A stretch of DNA of 64,000 nt from an uncultured delta proteobacterium (lineage in GTDB: Bacteria > Myxococcota_A > Polyangia > Polyangiales > JAFGIB01), in assembly GCA_963778655.1 (NCBI GenBank), contig CAVZVA010000010.1:800001-864000 (forward strand), in the 5' to 3' direction. Below, in pieces: positions 9,389-19,184 of the stretch. A program made the translations under genes and the position numbers. The notes below the pieces were generated by a model, which searched no databases, was not told the DNA's origin, and saw nothing but the letters and a program-made list of their open reading frames with translations. Position 1 is the first letter of the stretch. Each line of letters opens with the position of its first letter.

Positions 9389-11447
9389 GGGGAAGCGGGG
9401 CACGAGCGAGCGAAGCGAGCCGCGCGGACGGCTGGGGCCCCCGCAGGGCCGGGCTTTGCTGGCGGGGCGGGAGGGTCACGCGACCCTCCCGGATCTGGAG
9501 CGTTTCCTAGGGCCTTCGGGGGCGCTTGCGGCGAGCATGCCTGGCTACGAGCCCAGGAGCGTGCAGCTGCAGATGGCGCACGCGGTGCAGCGCGCGCTCT
9601 TGCGCGATGAGCTGCTGGTGGTGGAGGCCGGCACCGGCACGGGCAAGACGCTGGCGTATCTGCTGCCGGCGCTGCTGTGCGGGCGCAAGGTGGTGGTGTC
9701 GACCGGCACCAAGACGCTGCAGGACCAGATCGTGCAGCACGACGTCCCGCTGCTCGCGCGCCTGCTCGGCTATGCGCCCGAGGTCGCGTGCATGAAGGGC
9801 CTCAACAACTACCTGTGCCTGCGCCGCTACGACGAGTTTCGGCACGGCGTCGCCGCACTCAGCCCGCGCCATCAGCGCCAGTTGCCGCTGCTGTCGGCCT
9901 GGGCCGAGCGCACCGGCAGCGGCGACCGCGCCGAGCTCGAGCTGCCCGACGCCGCCTCGATCTGGAGCGAGGTGCACAGCGGCTCCGACACCCGCATCGG
10001 CCCCAAGTGCAGCTACTACGACGCCTGCTTCGTCACGCGCATGCGCGCGCAGGCCGAGCGCGCGCAGGTGGTGGTGGTCAACCACCACCTGTACTTCGCG
10101 GACCTGGCGCTGCGCGGCAGCGGGCCGGCTGGCGTGATCCCGGAGCACGAGGCGGTGATCTTCGACGAGGCGCACCTGATCGAGGACATCGCCACCGACT
10201 TCTTCGGCGTGTTGGTTTCGAGCACGCGCCTGCAGGTGTTGCTGCGCGATGCCGGGCGCGCGCTGGGCGCGGCCGGGCTCGGGCTGCAGGCCGAGCGCCT
10301 GCTGGCGCAGGCCGGCGAGCTCGGCGACGCGTTCTTCGCGGCGCTGCCGCGCGCGGCCGGCTCCGAGGGCGGCCGCACGCCGCTCGCGTCCGAGACCTTC
10401 GCCGATCGCCTGCAGCAGCCGATGTTCGCGCTCGACAACGCGCTCGACGGGCTGGCCTCGCTGTGCAAGCGCCGCGCGGACGCCGGCGAGGCGGTGGCGC
10501 AGATCGCGCGCCGCGCCGACCAGCTGCGCGACGACCTGGCGACCGTCGCCGACGGCGGCGGCCGCGGGCGCGTGTGCTTCACGCAAGCGCGCGGCCGCAG
10601 CGTCAGCCTGGGCGCAAGCCCGATCGCCGTGGCCGAGGTGCTGCGCGAGCGCTTGTTCGATCGCGGCGGCGCAGTGGTGCTGACCAGCGCCACGCTGGCC
10701 GCGGACGGCAGCTTCGAGTTTCTGCGCTCGCGTCTCGGCATCCGCGGCGCGGCGCAGGAGCTGCTGCTCGCCTCGCCCTTCGATTACCCGGAGCAGGCCG
10801 CGCTGTACCTGCCCGAGCGGCTGCCCGACCCGCGGGAGCCCGGCTACCTCGCGGCGGCCGAGCGAGAGATCGAAGCGCTGGTCGCGCTCACCGACGGCGG
10901 CGCGTTCGTGCTCTGCACCTCGCTGCGCGCGATGCGCGCGCTCGGCGAGACGCTGCGTAGCAAGCTCGGCCGCAGCGTGCTGATGCAAGGCGAGGCGCCC
11001 AACGCGGCCTTGCTCGAGCGCTTTCGGCAAGACGGGCGGGCGGTGCTGGTCGCGACCGCGAGCTTCTGGCAGGGCGTGGACGTGCCCGGGCCCGCGCTGC
11101 GGTTGGTGGTGATCGACAAGCTGCCGTTCGACGTGCCCAGCGATCCGCTGATCGCTGCGCGCTGCGCGCGGCTGCAGGAGCAGGGCGAGCAGCCGTTCAT
11201 GAAGTACCTGGTGCCGTCGGCCGCGCTCGCGCTCAAGCAGGGCTTCGGCCGCTTGATCCGCAGCCGCCGCGATCGCGGGGTGGTCGCGATCCTCGACAGC
11301 CGGCTGTCGCGCAAAGGCTACGGCAAGGCGCTGCTGCGCAGCTTGCCGCCTGCCACGCGCTGTAGGACGATGCCCGAGGTGGTGCGGTTCTGGCAGCGCA
11401 CGCAGGAGCTCGAGGCGGAGGGCAGCGGTGCGCCCGCTTCACGCTGA
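9381..11447 (+). CDS. ATP-dependent DinG/YoaA family helicase
   Basis: EAGTGTGKTLAYL, Fe-S cysteines, VVNHHLYFAD, DEAH, TSATL, QGFGRLIR; start uncertain (ATG 9381 overlaps the rhomboid stop). Confidence 0.92.
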   Translation: MAEGKRGTSERSEPRGRLGPPQGRALLAGREGHATLPDLERFLGPSGALAASMPGYEPRSVQLQMAHAVQRALLRDELLVVEAGTGTGKTLAYLLPALLCGRKVVVSTGTKTLQDQIVQHDVPLLARLLGYAPEVACMKGLNNYLCLRRYDEFRHGVAALSPRHQRQLPLLSAWAERTGSGDRAELELPDAASIWSEVHSGSDTRIGPKCSYYDACFVTRMRAQAERAQVVVVNHHLYFADLALRGSGPAGVIPEHEAVIFDEAHLIEDIATDFFGVLVSSTRLQVLLRDAGRALGAAGLGLQAERLLAQAGELGDAFFAALPRAAGSEGGRTPLASETFADRLQQPMFALDNALDGLASLCKRRADAGEAVAQIARRADQLRDDLATVADGGGRGRVCFTQARGRSVSLGASPIAVAEVLRERLFDRGGAVVLTSATLAADGSFEFLRSRLGIRGAAQELLLASPFDYPEQAALYLPERLPDPREPGYLAAAEREIEALVALTDGGAFVLCTSLRAMRALGETLRSKLGRSVLMQGEAPNAALLERFRQDGRAVLVATASFWQGVDVPGPALRLVVIDKLPFDVPSDPLIAARCARLQEQGEQPFMKYLVPSAALALKQGFGRLIRSRRDRGVVAILDSRLSRKGYGKALLRSLPPATRCRTMPEVVRFWQRTQELEAEGSGAPASR
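9400..9490 (+). repeat. Dispersed GC-rich hairpin repeat family B, copy 1
   Basis: AGCGAAGCGA...GGGGCCC...GCTTTGCTGGCGGGGCGGGAGGGTCACGCGACCCTCCC; related copies at 17892, 20831 and 58993. Confidence 0.7.
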
Positions 11448-12861
11448 CGGCCGCGGCGCGCGCGGGGCCTTGCTGTTGCTCGCGGCCTGCGCGCTGGGCT
11501 GCAGCTCCGCGCCGCGGCCCGAGCAGCCGCCGGAGAGCTCGCCCAAGCCGCGGGCCAGCGCGCAGGCGGCGCCCGCGCCGAGGGCTGCATCCGGCAACGC
11601 GCCGGCTGCTGCGGCCGCCGCGCCCGCGCCGGCTCAGGCCGCGAGCGCACAAGCGGCGCAGGAAGCGACCGACGTGGAGCAGGCGCTGGCCTACGATCCC
11701 AAGGATCCGCTGGCCAACCTCGAGGCGGCCGACGCGCTCGATCACATGGCGCGCAGGCCCGAAGGCAAGGGCGACGCGCGGCCTCCGCGCGGAGGCTGCG
11801 CGCTGCTCGATGCGGGCATGCGGGTGTGGCCGGTGGCGGGGCCCAGCGCGATTGCGGCCGTGGGCAAGGGCTTCGTGGTCGCAGGCTACGCGCAGCACGA
11901 GGGGCGCGAGCAGATCTTCGTGGTGCACGTGCCGGCGGGCGGCACGCCCGAGCCGATCGCGGCCTTCGAGGTCAAGCCGGCGTATCCGCGCGCGCGGACC
12001 GCGCCGCCCGGGCTCGACGCGCGCGACGAGAACGACCTGACCGTGGCCTTCGTCGATGGCGACGGCAAGCTGTGGGCGCGCGGGCTGCGTGTGGGCCGCG
12101 GCGGCGGCGGCGCGGCGGTCGAGATCGCGAGCGCGGTCGACGCGCGCTTCGCGCCCGCGCTCACCGCCAACGAGGACCGCACGCTGCTGGCGTGGACCGC
12201 GGGCTCGACGCCGATGCACACGCACCTGGCCGTGCTCTCGAGCGAAGGCCGCGTGCTCTCGCGTCACGACGTCACCCCGGCTGCGATGGGCGCGGCGGCG
12301 CCCAGCTTCGTCTCCGGCGCCAACCCGCCGGTGCTGGTGGCGCTCGACGCGCGCGAGGGCATGTCGCCGATCCTGCGCATCGACATCGGCAACCACGGCG
12401 AGCCGCAGCCGGCGCAGGTGGCGCTGCCGGTGGGCATGGTACTGGCGCCGCCGCAGCTGGCCGCAGCCTCGAGCTCGGTCGGCACCTACGTCGCATACAC
12501 CGGGCTCGGCTCGGCCGCGACCAGCGCGATCGGTCTGGTCGCGATCGCGCCCGTGGCCGGGCATCCCGAGGCCCTGGTCAAGGGTACGGCCTACGGCCCG
12601 CTGTACCTGTCGGCGGCGGCGGCGCCGCGCGCGCTGCTGTTCGCGGCCGACGCGCCGATGCAGCCGGGCAAGGACCCGCCGCACGAGATCCACGTGCACG
12701 TGGTCGGCATGCGGGGACCGGGCCCAGCCGCGGTGATCCGCGCGCCCGGTGGCGCGTCGCACGCGTCGCTTGCCCGCGCCGAGGGCGGCAGCGTGGGCGT
12801 GGCGTTCACGGCGCCGGCGGGGGTGTATCTGGCGCGCCTGCGTTGCGACGACGGGGGCTGA
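11428..12861 (+). CDS. Hypothetical lipoprotein, probably beta-propeller-like
   Basis: Lipobox-like ALGC after a hydrophobic stretch, then Ala/Pro linker and a beta-rich body; typical high-GC codon use. Confidence 0.7.
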   Translation: MRPLHADGRGARGALLLLAACALGCSSAPRPEQPPESSPKPRASAQAAPAPRAASGNAPAAAAAAPAPAQAASAQAAQEATDVEQALAYDPKDPLANLEAADALDHMARRPEGKGDARPPRGGCALLDAGMRVWPVAGPSAIAAVGKGFVVAGYAQHEGREQIFVVHVPAGGTPEPIAAFEVKPAYPRARTAPPGLDARDENDLTVAFVDGDGKLWARGLRVGRGGGGAAVEIASAVDARFAPALTANEDRTLLAWTAGSTPMHTHLAVLSSEGRVLSRHDVTPAAMGAAAPSFVSGANPPVLVALDAREGMSPILRIDIGNHGEPQPAQVALPVGMVLAPPQLAAASSSVGTYVAYTGLGSAATSAIGLVAIAPVAGHPEALVKGTAYGPLYLSAAAAPRALLFAADAPMQPGKDPPHEIHVHVVGMRGPGPAAVIRAPGGASHASLARAEGGSVGVAFTAPAGVYLARLRCDDGG

Positions 12862-13633
12862 GCCGCGCGTCGGCCAGCGCATCGAGCCGCAGGTGCAGCG
12901 CTTGGGCCGGCGCGTTGAAGTAGCGCGGGTCTTGTAGCCGCGCGGCGAGCGCGGCGTCGAGCGCGCGCAGCAGCGCCGTACCGTCGTCGGGCAGCGCGCT
13001 GCAGGTCAGCACGTGCGCGGACGCGCCTGGGCAGGGTCGACGGGTGACCAGGTGCTCCAGCAGCGCGTGCCCGAACGGCACTACGCGCGCCCGGCCCGCG
13101 CCTGCGAGCGCCTGCAAGCGCGGTGGGAGCGCCGCCGGCGCGAGGCCCTGGAGCGCTGCGGCCGCGTCGGGCCACGCCGCGATCACCACGCCGCCTTCGT
13201 CGAACAGCGTGAGCGCATCCTGCTCGGCGCTGCGCGCCGGCGGCAGCCGCGTCGCGCCGGGCGCGATCCGCGCCTGCAGCAGCCGGCACTGGCGCGCGTG
13301 CAGCGCGTGCTTGCTGTTGGGCCAGGTCGCAAAGCACAGCGCGTTCAGCAGGTCGTGCCAATTGCCGATCCGCGTCGGCACCACGCCCTGCAGCGCGATG
13401 CGGCCATCGTAGAGCTCGCCGACCACCACCTCGCCCGCGCGGCGGCCACGCCGCAAGTTGGGCCCAAAGCGCAACGCCGGCAGCTCCCGCCCGCGCGTGA
13501 GCGCGTCGTACACCGCATCGAGCTCAGCCCACGAGGGCCACTCTGCGCAGCCGCCGAGCGCTCCGGCCGCCCGCCCCAGCGGCCAAAGCCAAGGGCTACG
13601 CCCCACGAACCCCGCATCCCAACCCGCATCCAT
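12806..13633 (-). CDS. DUF3025 family protein
   Basis: VPTRIGNWHDLLNAL, KHALHARQ, DALTLFDEGGV, FGHALLEHL. Confidence 0.85.
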   Translation of the reverse strand: MDAGWDAGFVGRSPWLWPLGRAAGALGGCAEWPSWAELDAVYDALTRGRELPALRFGPNLRRGRRAGEVVVGELYDGRIALQGVVPTRIGNWHDLLNALCFATWPNSKHALHARQCRLLQARIAPGATRLPPARSAEQDALTLFDEGGVVIAAWPDAAAALQGLAPAALPPRLQALAGAGRARVVPFGHALLEHLVTRRPCPGASAHVLTCSALPDDGTALLRALDAALAARLQDPRYFNAPAQALHLRLDALADARLSPRRRNAGAPDTPPPAP

Positions 13634-13692
13634 GCAAACCCCAGCCTAAATGACCGATCACGATTCGGGAACGGCCATGCCGAGAGGGTGAA

Positions 13693-13804
13693 TGCGCGAG
13701 GCTTTGCCTCGCGCACAGGGAGTCGGCGCGACTCCCTGACAATCACCTGACAATCAAAGGAGAAATCAGAGTTTGTGATTCGATTCCGAATCGCGAACTC
13801 TGAT
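13693..13804. other. Cluster of three intergenic hairpins (terminator, REP-like or structured RNA)
   Basis: TGCGCGAGGC-TTT-GCCTCGCGCA (13693-13715), CAGGGAGTCG-GCG-CGACTCCCTG (13716-13738), ATCAGAGTTTGTGATTCG...CGAATCGCGAACTCTGAT (13765-13804). Confidence 0.65.
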
Positions 13805-14932
13805 CTAGGGCCCGCACACCGGCTCAGAGCCCGGCCGGGTCCCGCGCAGCTGGTCGAGCTCGCGCTGCAGCGTCTCGATCTGCTGCTGCTGCACCTTGAT
13901 CGCGGCCACCGCCATGCTCAGGTAGCCGTACATGTTCACGTGATCTCCGGCCACGGCCACGCTTGGCTCGATGTCGTCGATGATGAACCCGAGCTGCGGC
14001 ACCGCCGGCGCGTCCTTGTAGCGGTACGACGCCAGCGGCACGCTCATCAGCTCGTCGTGGTACTGCTGCAGCTGCTGCTGATCGAGGTAGCTGATGTCGC
14101 GCTTGAAGCGCGCGCGCGAGCGCGGGCAGGTGACCGGGGCCATGGTCGCGCAGACATAGGTCGCGCCACAGCTGGCCACGCCGTCACAGCGCTCGCCTTC
14201 GGTCGTGCACGGATCGCCGAGCTTCTGCGTGGTGCAATTGGGGATGCTCGGGTCGTCGAAGGGCGTGGGATCGGAGCTGCAGACCGGCGCGCCGCAGCTG
14301 GTGAACCAGCGCAGCGAGCCGCCGCCGCCGCCCGTGGCGCCGTTCGCCAGACACTGCGTCAGCTCCGGCGTCATGGTCCAGCCGCAGTGGCCGCCGGCCT
14401 GCGCCGCGCAGGTCGCGTTCTTGTAGCAGGCGAACTCCGGGCGATAGATGCAGTCCGAGGCCACCGGGCCGGCGGCCTTGTCGGTGCACAGCTCGCTGGA
14501 GCAACCACCTACGATGCACTCGGAGGGCGCGGTGCCGGCGTCCCTTCCGCCTGCGCCGTCTTCGGGGCATTGCCACGCCCAGCGGCCGCTCTGGCACACC
14601 GGCGTTCCGCACGATCCGTCGTTGCACACGCGGCACAGCGCCGGAATCGCCGAGCCGCAATCCGCCGTGCTGCCGCTGCCGCCCGAGCCGTTGCCTCCGC
14701 TGCCACTGCTGCTGCCGCCGTCGGCCAGCATCGCAGTGCCGTCGCCGCCCGGGTTGCCGGCGCCGCTGCCGCCGCGCCCGGTCGAGTTGCCGGTGCCGCT
14801 GCCGGCCTGGCTGTTGCCCGGGCTGCTGCCGCCGTCCTGCTTGACGTCGCTGCTGAGCTGCGTCGTCTTCGGGCACCCGTCCAGCAGCAACCCCAGCGCA
14901 AGCGCGCTCGCCCACAGTTCTCGCCGCCCCAT
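13805..14932 (-). CDS. Secreted Cys-rich (lipo)protein with an eight-cysteine-cluster-like domain and a C-terminal peptidase S74 intramolecular chaperone domain
   Basis: Signal peptide ending LLLDGC; Gly/Ser linker; CIVGGCSSELC...DCIYRPEFACY...CGW; CPRSRARFKRDISYL...LGFIIDD...VNMYGYLSMAVAAIKVQQQQIETLQREL. Confidence 0.8.
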   Translation of the reverse strand: MGRRELWASALALGLLLDGCPKTTQLSSDVKQDGGSSPGNSQAGSGTGNSTGRGGSGAGNPGGDGTAMLADGGSSSGSGGNGSGGSGSTADCGSAIPALCRVCNDGSCGTPVCQSGRWAWQCPEDGAGGRDAGTAPSECIVGGCSSELCTDKAAGPVASDCIYRPEFACYKNATCAAQAGGHCGWTMTPELTQCLANGATGGGGGSLRWFTSCGAPVCSSDPTPFDDPSIPNCTTQKLGDPCTTEGERCDGVASCGATYVCATMAPVTCPRSRARFKRDISYLDQQQLQQYHDELMSVPLASYRYKDAPAVPQLGFIIDDIEPSVAVAGDHVNMYGYLSMAVAAIKVQQQQIETLQRELDQLRGTRPGSEPVCGP

Positions 14933-15016
14933 CGCCAGCCTCCGTGCGTCCGAGACCCCACCCGGGCCTCGCTTCCAAGCATAGCTGGAAGCTGGGACGT
15001 GCGCCGCTGGTTCGGG

Positions 15017-15448
15017 TCAGCGCGCGCGCGCGAGTGCGTCGTGATTGCGACCCGGCAGCAGCTCGGTCGCGCAGGGCAAGCCCGCGGCGCGCCAGCCCGG
15101 CTCGAGCGCGCGCCCGAACGCGTCGCGGCGGCCTTCGAAGCCCGCGCGTAGCTCGACCACGCTGGTGAGCCCCGCTTGCAGCAGCAGCTCGGCCGCGGTC
15201 AGGGAGCGCACCCCGCTCTGGCAGCCGACCACGAGCCTGGCGTCGGTGCCGAGCGCACCCACCACCACCCGCACGAAGTCGGGGTTGTCGCGCATGCCCT
15301 GGGGCGTGCGCAGGCGTAGCGGCACGTTGTACGCGCCCTCGGGATGACCGAGCGCGCACTCTTCGGCGCTGCGCACGTCGAGGTACAGATAACCCTGCTC
15401 CTGCATCAAGCGATGCGCTTCGTGCGGCGAGATGCGGGGGTGCGGCAC
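15017..15448 (-). CDS. Rhodanese-like domain protein
   Basis: YLDVRS...GHPEGAYNVP, VVGCQSGVRS, GWRAAGLP. Confidence 0.9.
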   Translation of the reverse strand: MPHPRISPHEAHRLMQEQGYLYLDVRSAEECALGHPEGAYNVPLRLRTPQGMRDNPDFVRVVVGALGTDARLVVGCQSGVRSLTAAELLLQAGLTSVVELRAGFEGRRDAFGRALEPGWRAAGLPCATELLPGRNHDALARAR

Positions 15449-15506
15449 GCCGGGAGCATAGCGCGCGGAGCTGGGGCGCGGGGCGAAGGCGGGGCGAGGA
15501 CACCGA

Positions 15507-15677
15507 CTAGAGCACCGAACCTATTGAAACACGCACGATTTCGGGGCCCTCGCGTGCGCATGGCACGCGCGCTCCCCGCTCGACGTAGGATGGACTACGC
15601 CTTCGGGCTCCGGCCCGCACCCTGCATCCCGCCATGACCCCGACTTCGCACACGTTTCAATATGTTCGGTGCTCTAG
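15507..15677. mobile_element. MITE-like element, 171 bp, with 24-bp terminal inverted repeats beginning CTAG
   Basis: Left end CTAGAGCACCGAACCTATTGAAAC; reverse complement of right end CTAGAGCACCGAACATATTGAAAC (23/24 match); no transposase inside. Confidence 0.8.
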
Positions 15678-16609
15678 GCGACTTCGACGGCCTTACGCAT
15701 GAACAGGTCCTCGAGGGTTTCGCGGTAGGGGATGACCGCGAGCACCTGAGCGCCGCGCTCGATCGCGAGCTTGAGCAGGGCGGGCACCTTGGTGTCGCCT
15801 TCGACCACGATCATCAAACGCTGGTGCAGCTCGCGCACCTCGGCGGCCTGTGCTGCCAGCTCGCTGCGCAGGGCGTCGGTCACGCTCGCCAGCTCGATCT
15901 CCACCCGCCGCACCTCGGGCTTGAGCAGCTCGTGCAACGTGCCGTAGGCCCTGATCGTACCGCGCTGCACCACAGCCACGCGATCGCACAGCATCTCCAC
16001 GTCGCTCAGCACGTGGCTGGTGAACAGCAGGGTACGCCCGAGCGTGCGCTGCTCGAGCAGGATGTCGCGGATGTCCTTGCGGCCGATCGGGTCGAGCCCG
16101 CTGAATGGCTCGTCGAAAATCAGCAGCTCGGGCTCGTGCAGCAGCGCCTGGCACACGCCCAGCCGCTGCATCATGCCCTTGGAGAAGCGGCCGATCGGCC
16201 GGTCGGCCGCGTGCCCCAGGCCCAACCGCTCCATCAGCGCGCGCGAGCGCGACGTGCGCGCTGCGTGGTCCAGCCCGGTCAGCCGCCCGCACAGGTCCAG
16301 GAACTCGAGCGGCTTGAGGTAGGTGTAGATGTAGGGGTTCTCCGGCAGGTAGCCGAGCCGCTGCCGCGCCACCGGGTCGCCCGTGGGCACGCCGAAGATC
16401 TTGACCCCTCCGCGGTCGGGGTAGATCAGCTGCAGCGCCATCTTGATCGTGGTGGTCTTGCCCGCGCCGTTGGGACCCACGAAGCCGAAGATCTCGCCCT
16501 TACGCACTTCGAAGCTGATCCCGCGCACGGCCTCGATACGCTTGCGCAGGAAGCCGATGCGAAAGGTCTTGTAGAGGTCGCTGACCTCGAGAATGGGTCC
16601 GGTGCTCAC
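15674..16609 (-). CDS. ABC transporter ATP-binding protein (ABC-2/PilH-like)
   Basis: GPNGAGKTT, FSKGMMQR, IFDEPFSGLDP, TSHVLSD. Confidence 0.93.
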   Translation of the reverse strand: MSTGPILEVSDLYKTFRIGFLRKRIEAVRGISFEVRKGEIFGFVGPNGAGKTTTIKMALQLIYPDRGGVKIFGVPTGDPVARQRLGYLPENPYIYTYLKPLEFLDLCGRLTGLDHAARTSRSRALMERLGLGHAADRPIGRFSKGMMQRLGVCQALLHEPELLIFDEPFSGLDPIGRKDIRDILLEQRTLGRTLLFTSHVLSDVEMLCDRVAVVQRGTIRAYGTLHELLKPEVRRVEIELASVTDALRSELAAQAAEVRELHQRLMIVVEGDTKVPALLKLAIERGAQVLAVIPYRETLEDLFMRKAVEVA

Positions 16610-16666
16610 GCTCGCGGAGAATATCACGACATCGAGGCCGACCGGGAGATGCGGCTGGGACGGGCT

Positions 16667-17758
16667 TCAGCCGAGCACGGCCTGCACCGCGTCGATCACC
16701 TGCTGCTGCTCGGCTTCGCGCATGCCGGGAAAGAGCGGCAGCGCCAGCCCGTCGCGAGCGATCCGGGCCGAGCGCTCGAACGTGCGGCCCGCCTCGCGTG
16801 CGGCCTGCGCGTAGGGCGCCAGGTGCGGCAGCCCGTGCAGCGCGTAGCTGAGCGCGCCGGCCTGCACCCCACGCGCGCCCAACGCGTCGATCACGCGCTG
16901 GCGCTCGCCGCTCGCGTGCAGCACCACGCCGAAGGTCTGGTGGTTCGGCTGCGCGCCCGGCGCAGCGTGCTGCAGCGACAGCGGCAAGCCCGTGAACGCC
17001 TGCTGGTAGCGCGCAGCCAGCGCCACCCGCGCATCGACGATCGCCTGCAAGCGCGTCATCTGCACCACGCCGGCCGCTGCCGCGAGCTCGGTCATGCGGT
17101 GATTGCCCGAGGCGCGCGCGAAGGTTCCGGGCGCGGACTGGCCGTGGTTGCGCAGCTCGCGCAGGCGCTGCGCCAGCACGGCGTCGTCGGTCAGGCACAT
17201 GCCGCCTTCCCCGGTGGTGATCACCTTGCGCGGATGGAAGCTGGTGCACGCGATCACGCCGCCCGCGCCGCAGGGCACGCCGCGGCGGCGACTGCCCAGG
17301 CTGCAGGCGGCATCGACGATCAGCGGCACCTCGCCCAGCAGTGCCGCGATCTCGGTCACGCGCGCGGGGTTGCCGAGCTGGTCGATCACGATCGCGGCGC
17401 GGGGTTGCGGCGAAAGCCCGCGCGCCACCTCGTCGGGGCCCGCGTTCCATTCATCGGCGTCCACATCGAGCAGCACCGGCACCGCGCCGCACTCGAGGAT
17501 CGCGTGCGCCGGGCTCGGCCAGGTCAGATCCGGGCACAGCACGCGGTCGCCGCGGCCGACGCCGATCGCCAGCAGCGCGAGCCGAAGCGCCGTGGTTCCG
17601 TTGGTGACGGCGACGGCGTGGGCGCGCTCCACCTGCGCGGCCACCGCGGCCTCGAACTGCGCGACGCGCGCGCCTTGCACCAACATGCCGGAGTCGAGCA
17701 CCTCGCCCACGGCGGTGTGCTCCTCGGCGCCCAACCAGGGCCGTGTCAGCGGGATCAT
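16667..17758 (-). CDS. DegT/DnrJ/EryC1/StrS family PLP-dependent sugar aminotransferase
   Basis: NGTTALRLAL, DAACSLG, SFHPRKVITTGEGGM, RNHG, LALPLFP. Confidence 0.93.
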   Translation of the reverse strand: MIPLTRPWLGAEEHTAVGEVLDSGMLVQGARVAQFEAAVAAQVERAHAVAVTNGTTALRLALLAIGVGRGDRVLCPDLTWPSPAHAILECGAVPVLLDVDADEWNAGPDEVARGLSPQPRAAIVIDQLGNPARVTEIAALLGEVPLIVDAACSLGSRRRGVPCGAGGVIACTSFHPRKVITTGEGGMCLTDDAVLAQRLRELRNHGQSAPGTFARASGNHRMTELAAAAGVVQMTRLQAIVDARVALAARYQQAFTGLPLSLQHAAPGAQPNHQTFGVVLHASGERQRVIDALGARGVQAGALSYALHGLPHLAPYAQAAREAGRTFERSARIARDGLALPLFPGMREAEQQQVIDAVQAVLG

Positions 17759-17891
17759 CGGGGGATTGTAGAACAGGGCGAGCCCGACGGGCGGTTCGGG
17801 ATCTGTCCTACGCGCGCGATTTCGGTCATGCTCGAGCGTCGTCGATGCCCGGCCCAGACGCCAGCAGGCCGCCAAGCGCGGTCTCTTTACC

Positions 17892-17942
17892 CCGGGGGGC
17901 ACGGCGCCCTGCCCGCCCTGCCGGCGAAGCCATCCGGGTCCC
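17892..17942 (-). repeat. Repeat family B, copy 2
   Basis: Reverse complement GGGACCCGGATGGCTTCGCCGGCAGGGCGGGCAGGGCGCCGTGCCCCCCGG aligns with 59020-59071. Confidence 0.6.
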
Positions 17943-17957
17943 ACCAAGAGCCCCAGC

Positions 17958-19133
17958 GTGAACAGCTACGGCATCGTCATGTCGGGCGGCGGCGCGCGCG
18001 GCGCCTACGAGGTCGGGGTTCTCGGCTACCTGTACCGCGAGTTCCCGCAGCGCTACGGCCGGCCGCCGCGCTTCGACGTGATCAGTGGCACCAGCGTCGG
18101 CGCGGTCAACTCCACTGCGCTCGCCGCCACCGCCAACGACCCGGCCACCGGGATGATGCTGCTTTCGGACGTGTGGCTGAACCAGGACCTGCGCGACGTG
18201 CTGCACTTCAACCTGCGCCAGGCCACGCGCCTGTATCGGGTGTGGCTGGGCGGCGGCGTGGCCGCCGGCATTTTCGACCCGCGGCCGCTGGCCAAGCTGA
18301 TCAGCCACAAGATCCCGTGGCGGCAGCTGGTGCGCAATCTCAAGAGCCAGAAGCTCACCGCACTGACCGTGAGCGCGACCAACGTCCGCACCGGCCGCTC
18401 CACCGTGTACATCGACCGCGCGCCGGGCGTGCGGCTGCCGCGGAGCGGCCCGCGCGTCGTGATCCAGCCGACCCACATCCTGCCGCAGCACGTGCTGGCA
18501 TCGGCGGCCATGCCGCTGGTGTTTCCGCCGGTTCGTATCGGAAACGATTACTTCTGCGACGGAGGTATCCGGCTCAATACGCCGACGTCGCCCTCGGTGC
18601 ATCTGGGCGTGGACCACATGTTCGTGATCGGCGTCACCACCCCCAACCGCCAGACCGAGATCCACATGGGCCGGACCCCGGGCGCCTCGTTTCTGCTGGG
18701 CAAGGCGGTCGACGCGCTGATGCTCGACCACATCGAGCACGACGTGGAGCGGCTCAACCTGATCAACGACCTGCTGCACGACGCGACCACCGCCTGCGGG
18801 CCGGACTTCCTGACCAAGCTCAATGCCGTGGCCGACGCGCGCGGCCGGGTCTCGCGCCGCTTCGTCCGCACCTTCGTGCTGCACCCGAGCGTGGACATCG
18901 GCCTGCTCGCCGGCGAGCACCTGCGCGGGCACCGTCCCAAGCTCACGCGCATGATGGGCCGCGCCATGCTGCGCCTGCTCGAGGTGGGGGAGGGCCGGGA
19001 CGCCGATCTGGCCAGCTATCTCCTGTTCGACGGAGACTTCGCGCGTATCTTGATTGATTTAGGTCGGCAGGATGCGGCGCGTCATGCCGACGAGATCGCA
19101 CAGTTCCTCCTAGGTGGCCAAAGTCCGCCATGA
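17958..19133 (+). CDS. Patatin-like phospholipase
   Basis: SGGGARGAY, GTSVG nucleophile motif, DGG. Confidence 0.93.
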   Translation: MNSYGIVMSGGGARGAYEVGVLGYLYREFPQRYGRPPRFDVISGTSVGAVNSTALAATANDPATGMMLLSDVWLNQDLRDVLHFNLRQATRLYRVWLGGGVAAGIFDPRPLAKLISHKIPWRQLVRNLKSQKLTALTVSATNVRTGRSTVYIDRAPGVRLPRSGPRVVIQPTHILPQHVLASAAMPLVFPPVRIGNDYFCDGGIRLNTPTSPSVHLGVDHMFVIGVTTPNRQTEIHMGRTPGASFLLGKAVDALMLDHIEHDVERLNLINDLLHDATTACGPDFLTKLNAVADARGRVSRRFVRTFVLHPSVDIGLLAGEHLRGHRPKLTRMMGRAMLRLLEVGEGRDADLASYLLFDGDFARILIDLGRQDAARHADEIAQFLLGGQSPP

Positions 19134-19184
19134 TTCAGCGCAGTTGCGGCGGTTGCCAAGGTGCCGGCCGGCCTGGGGGCCAGA

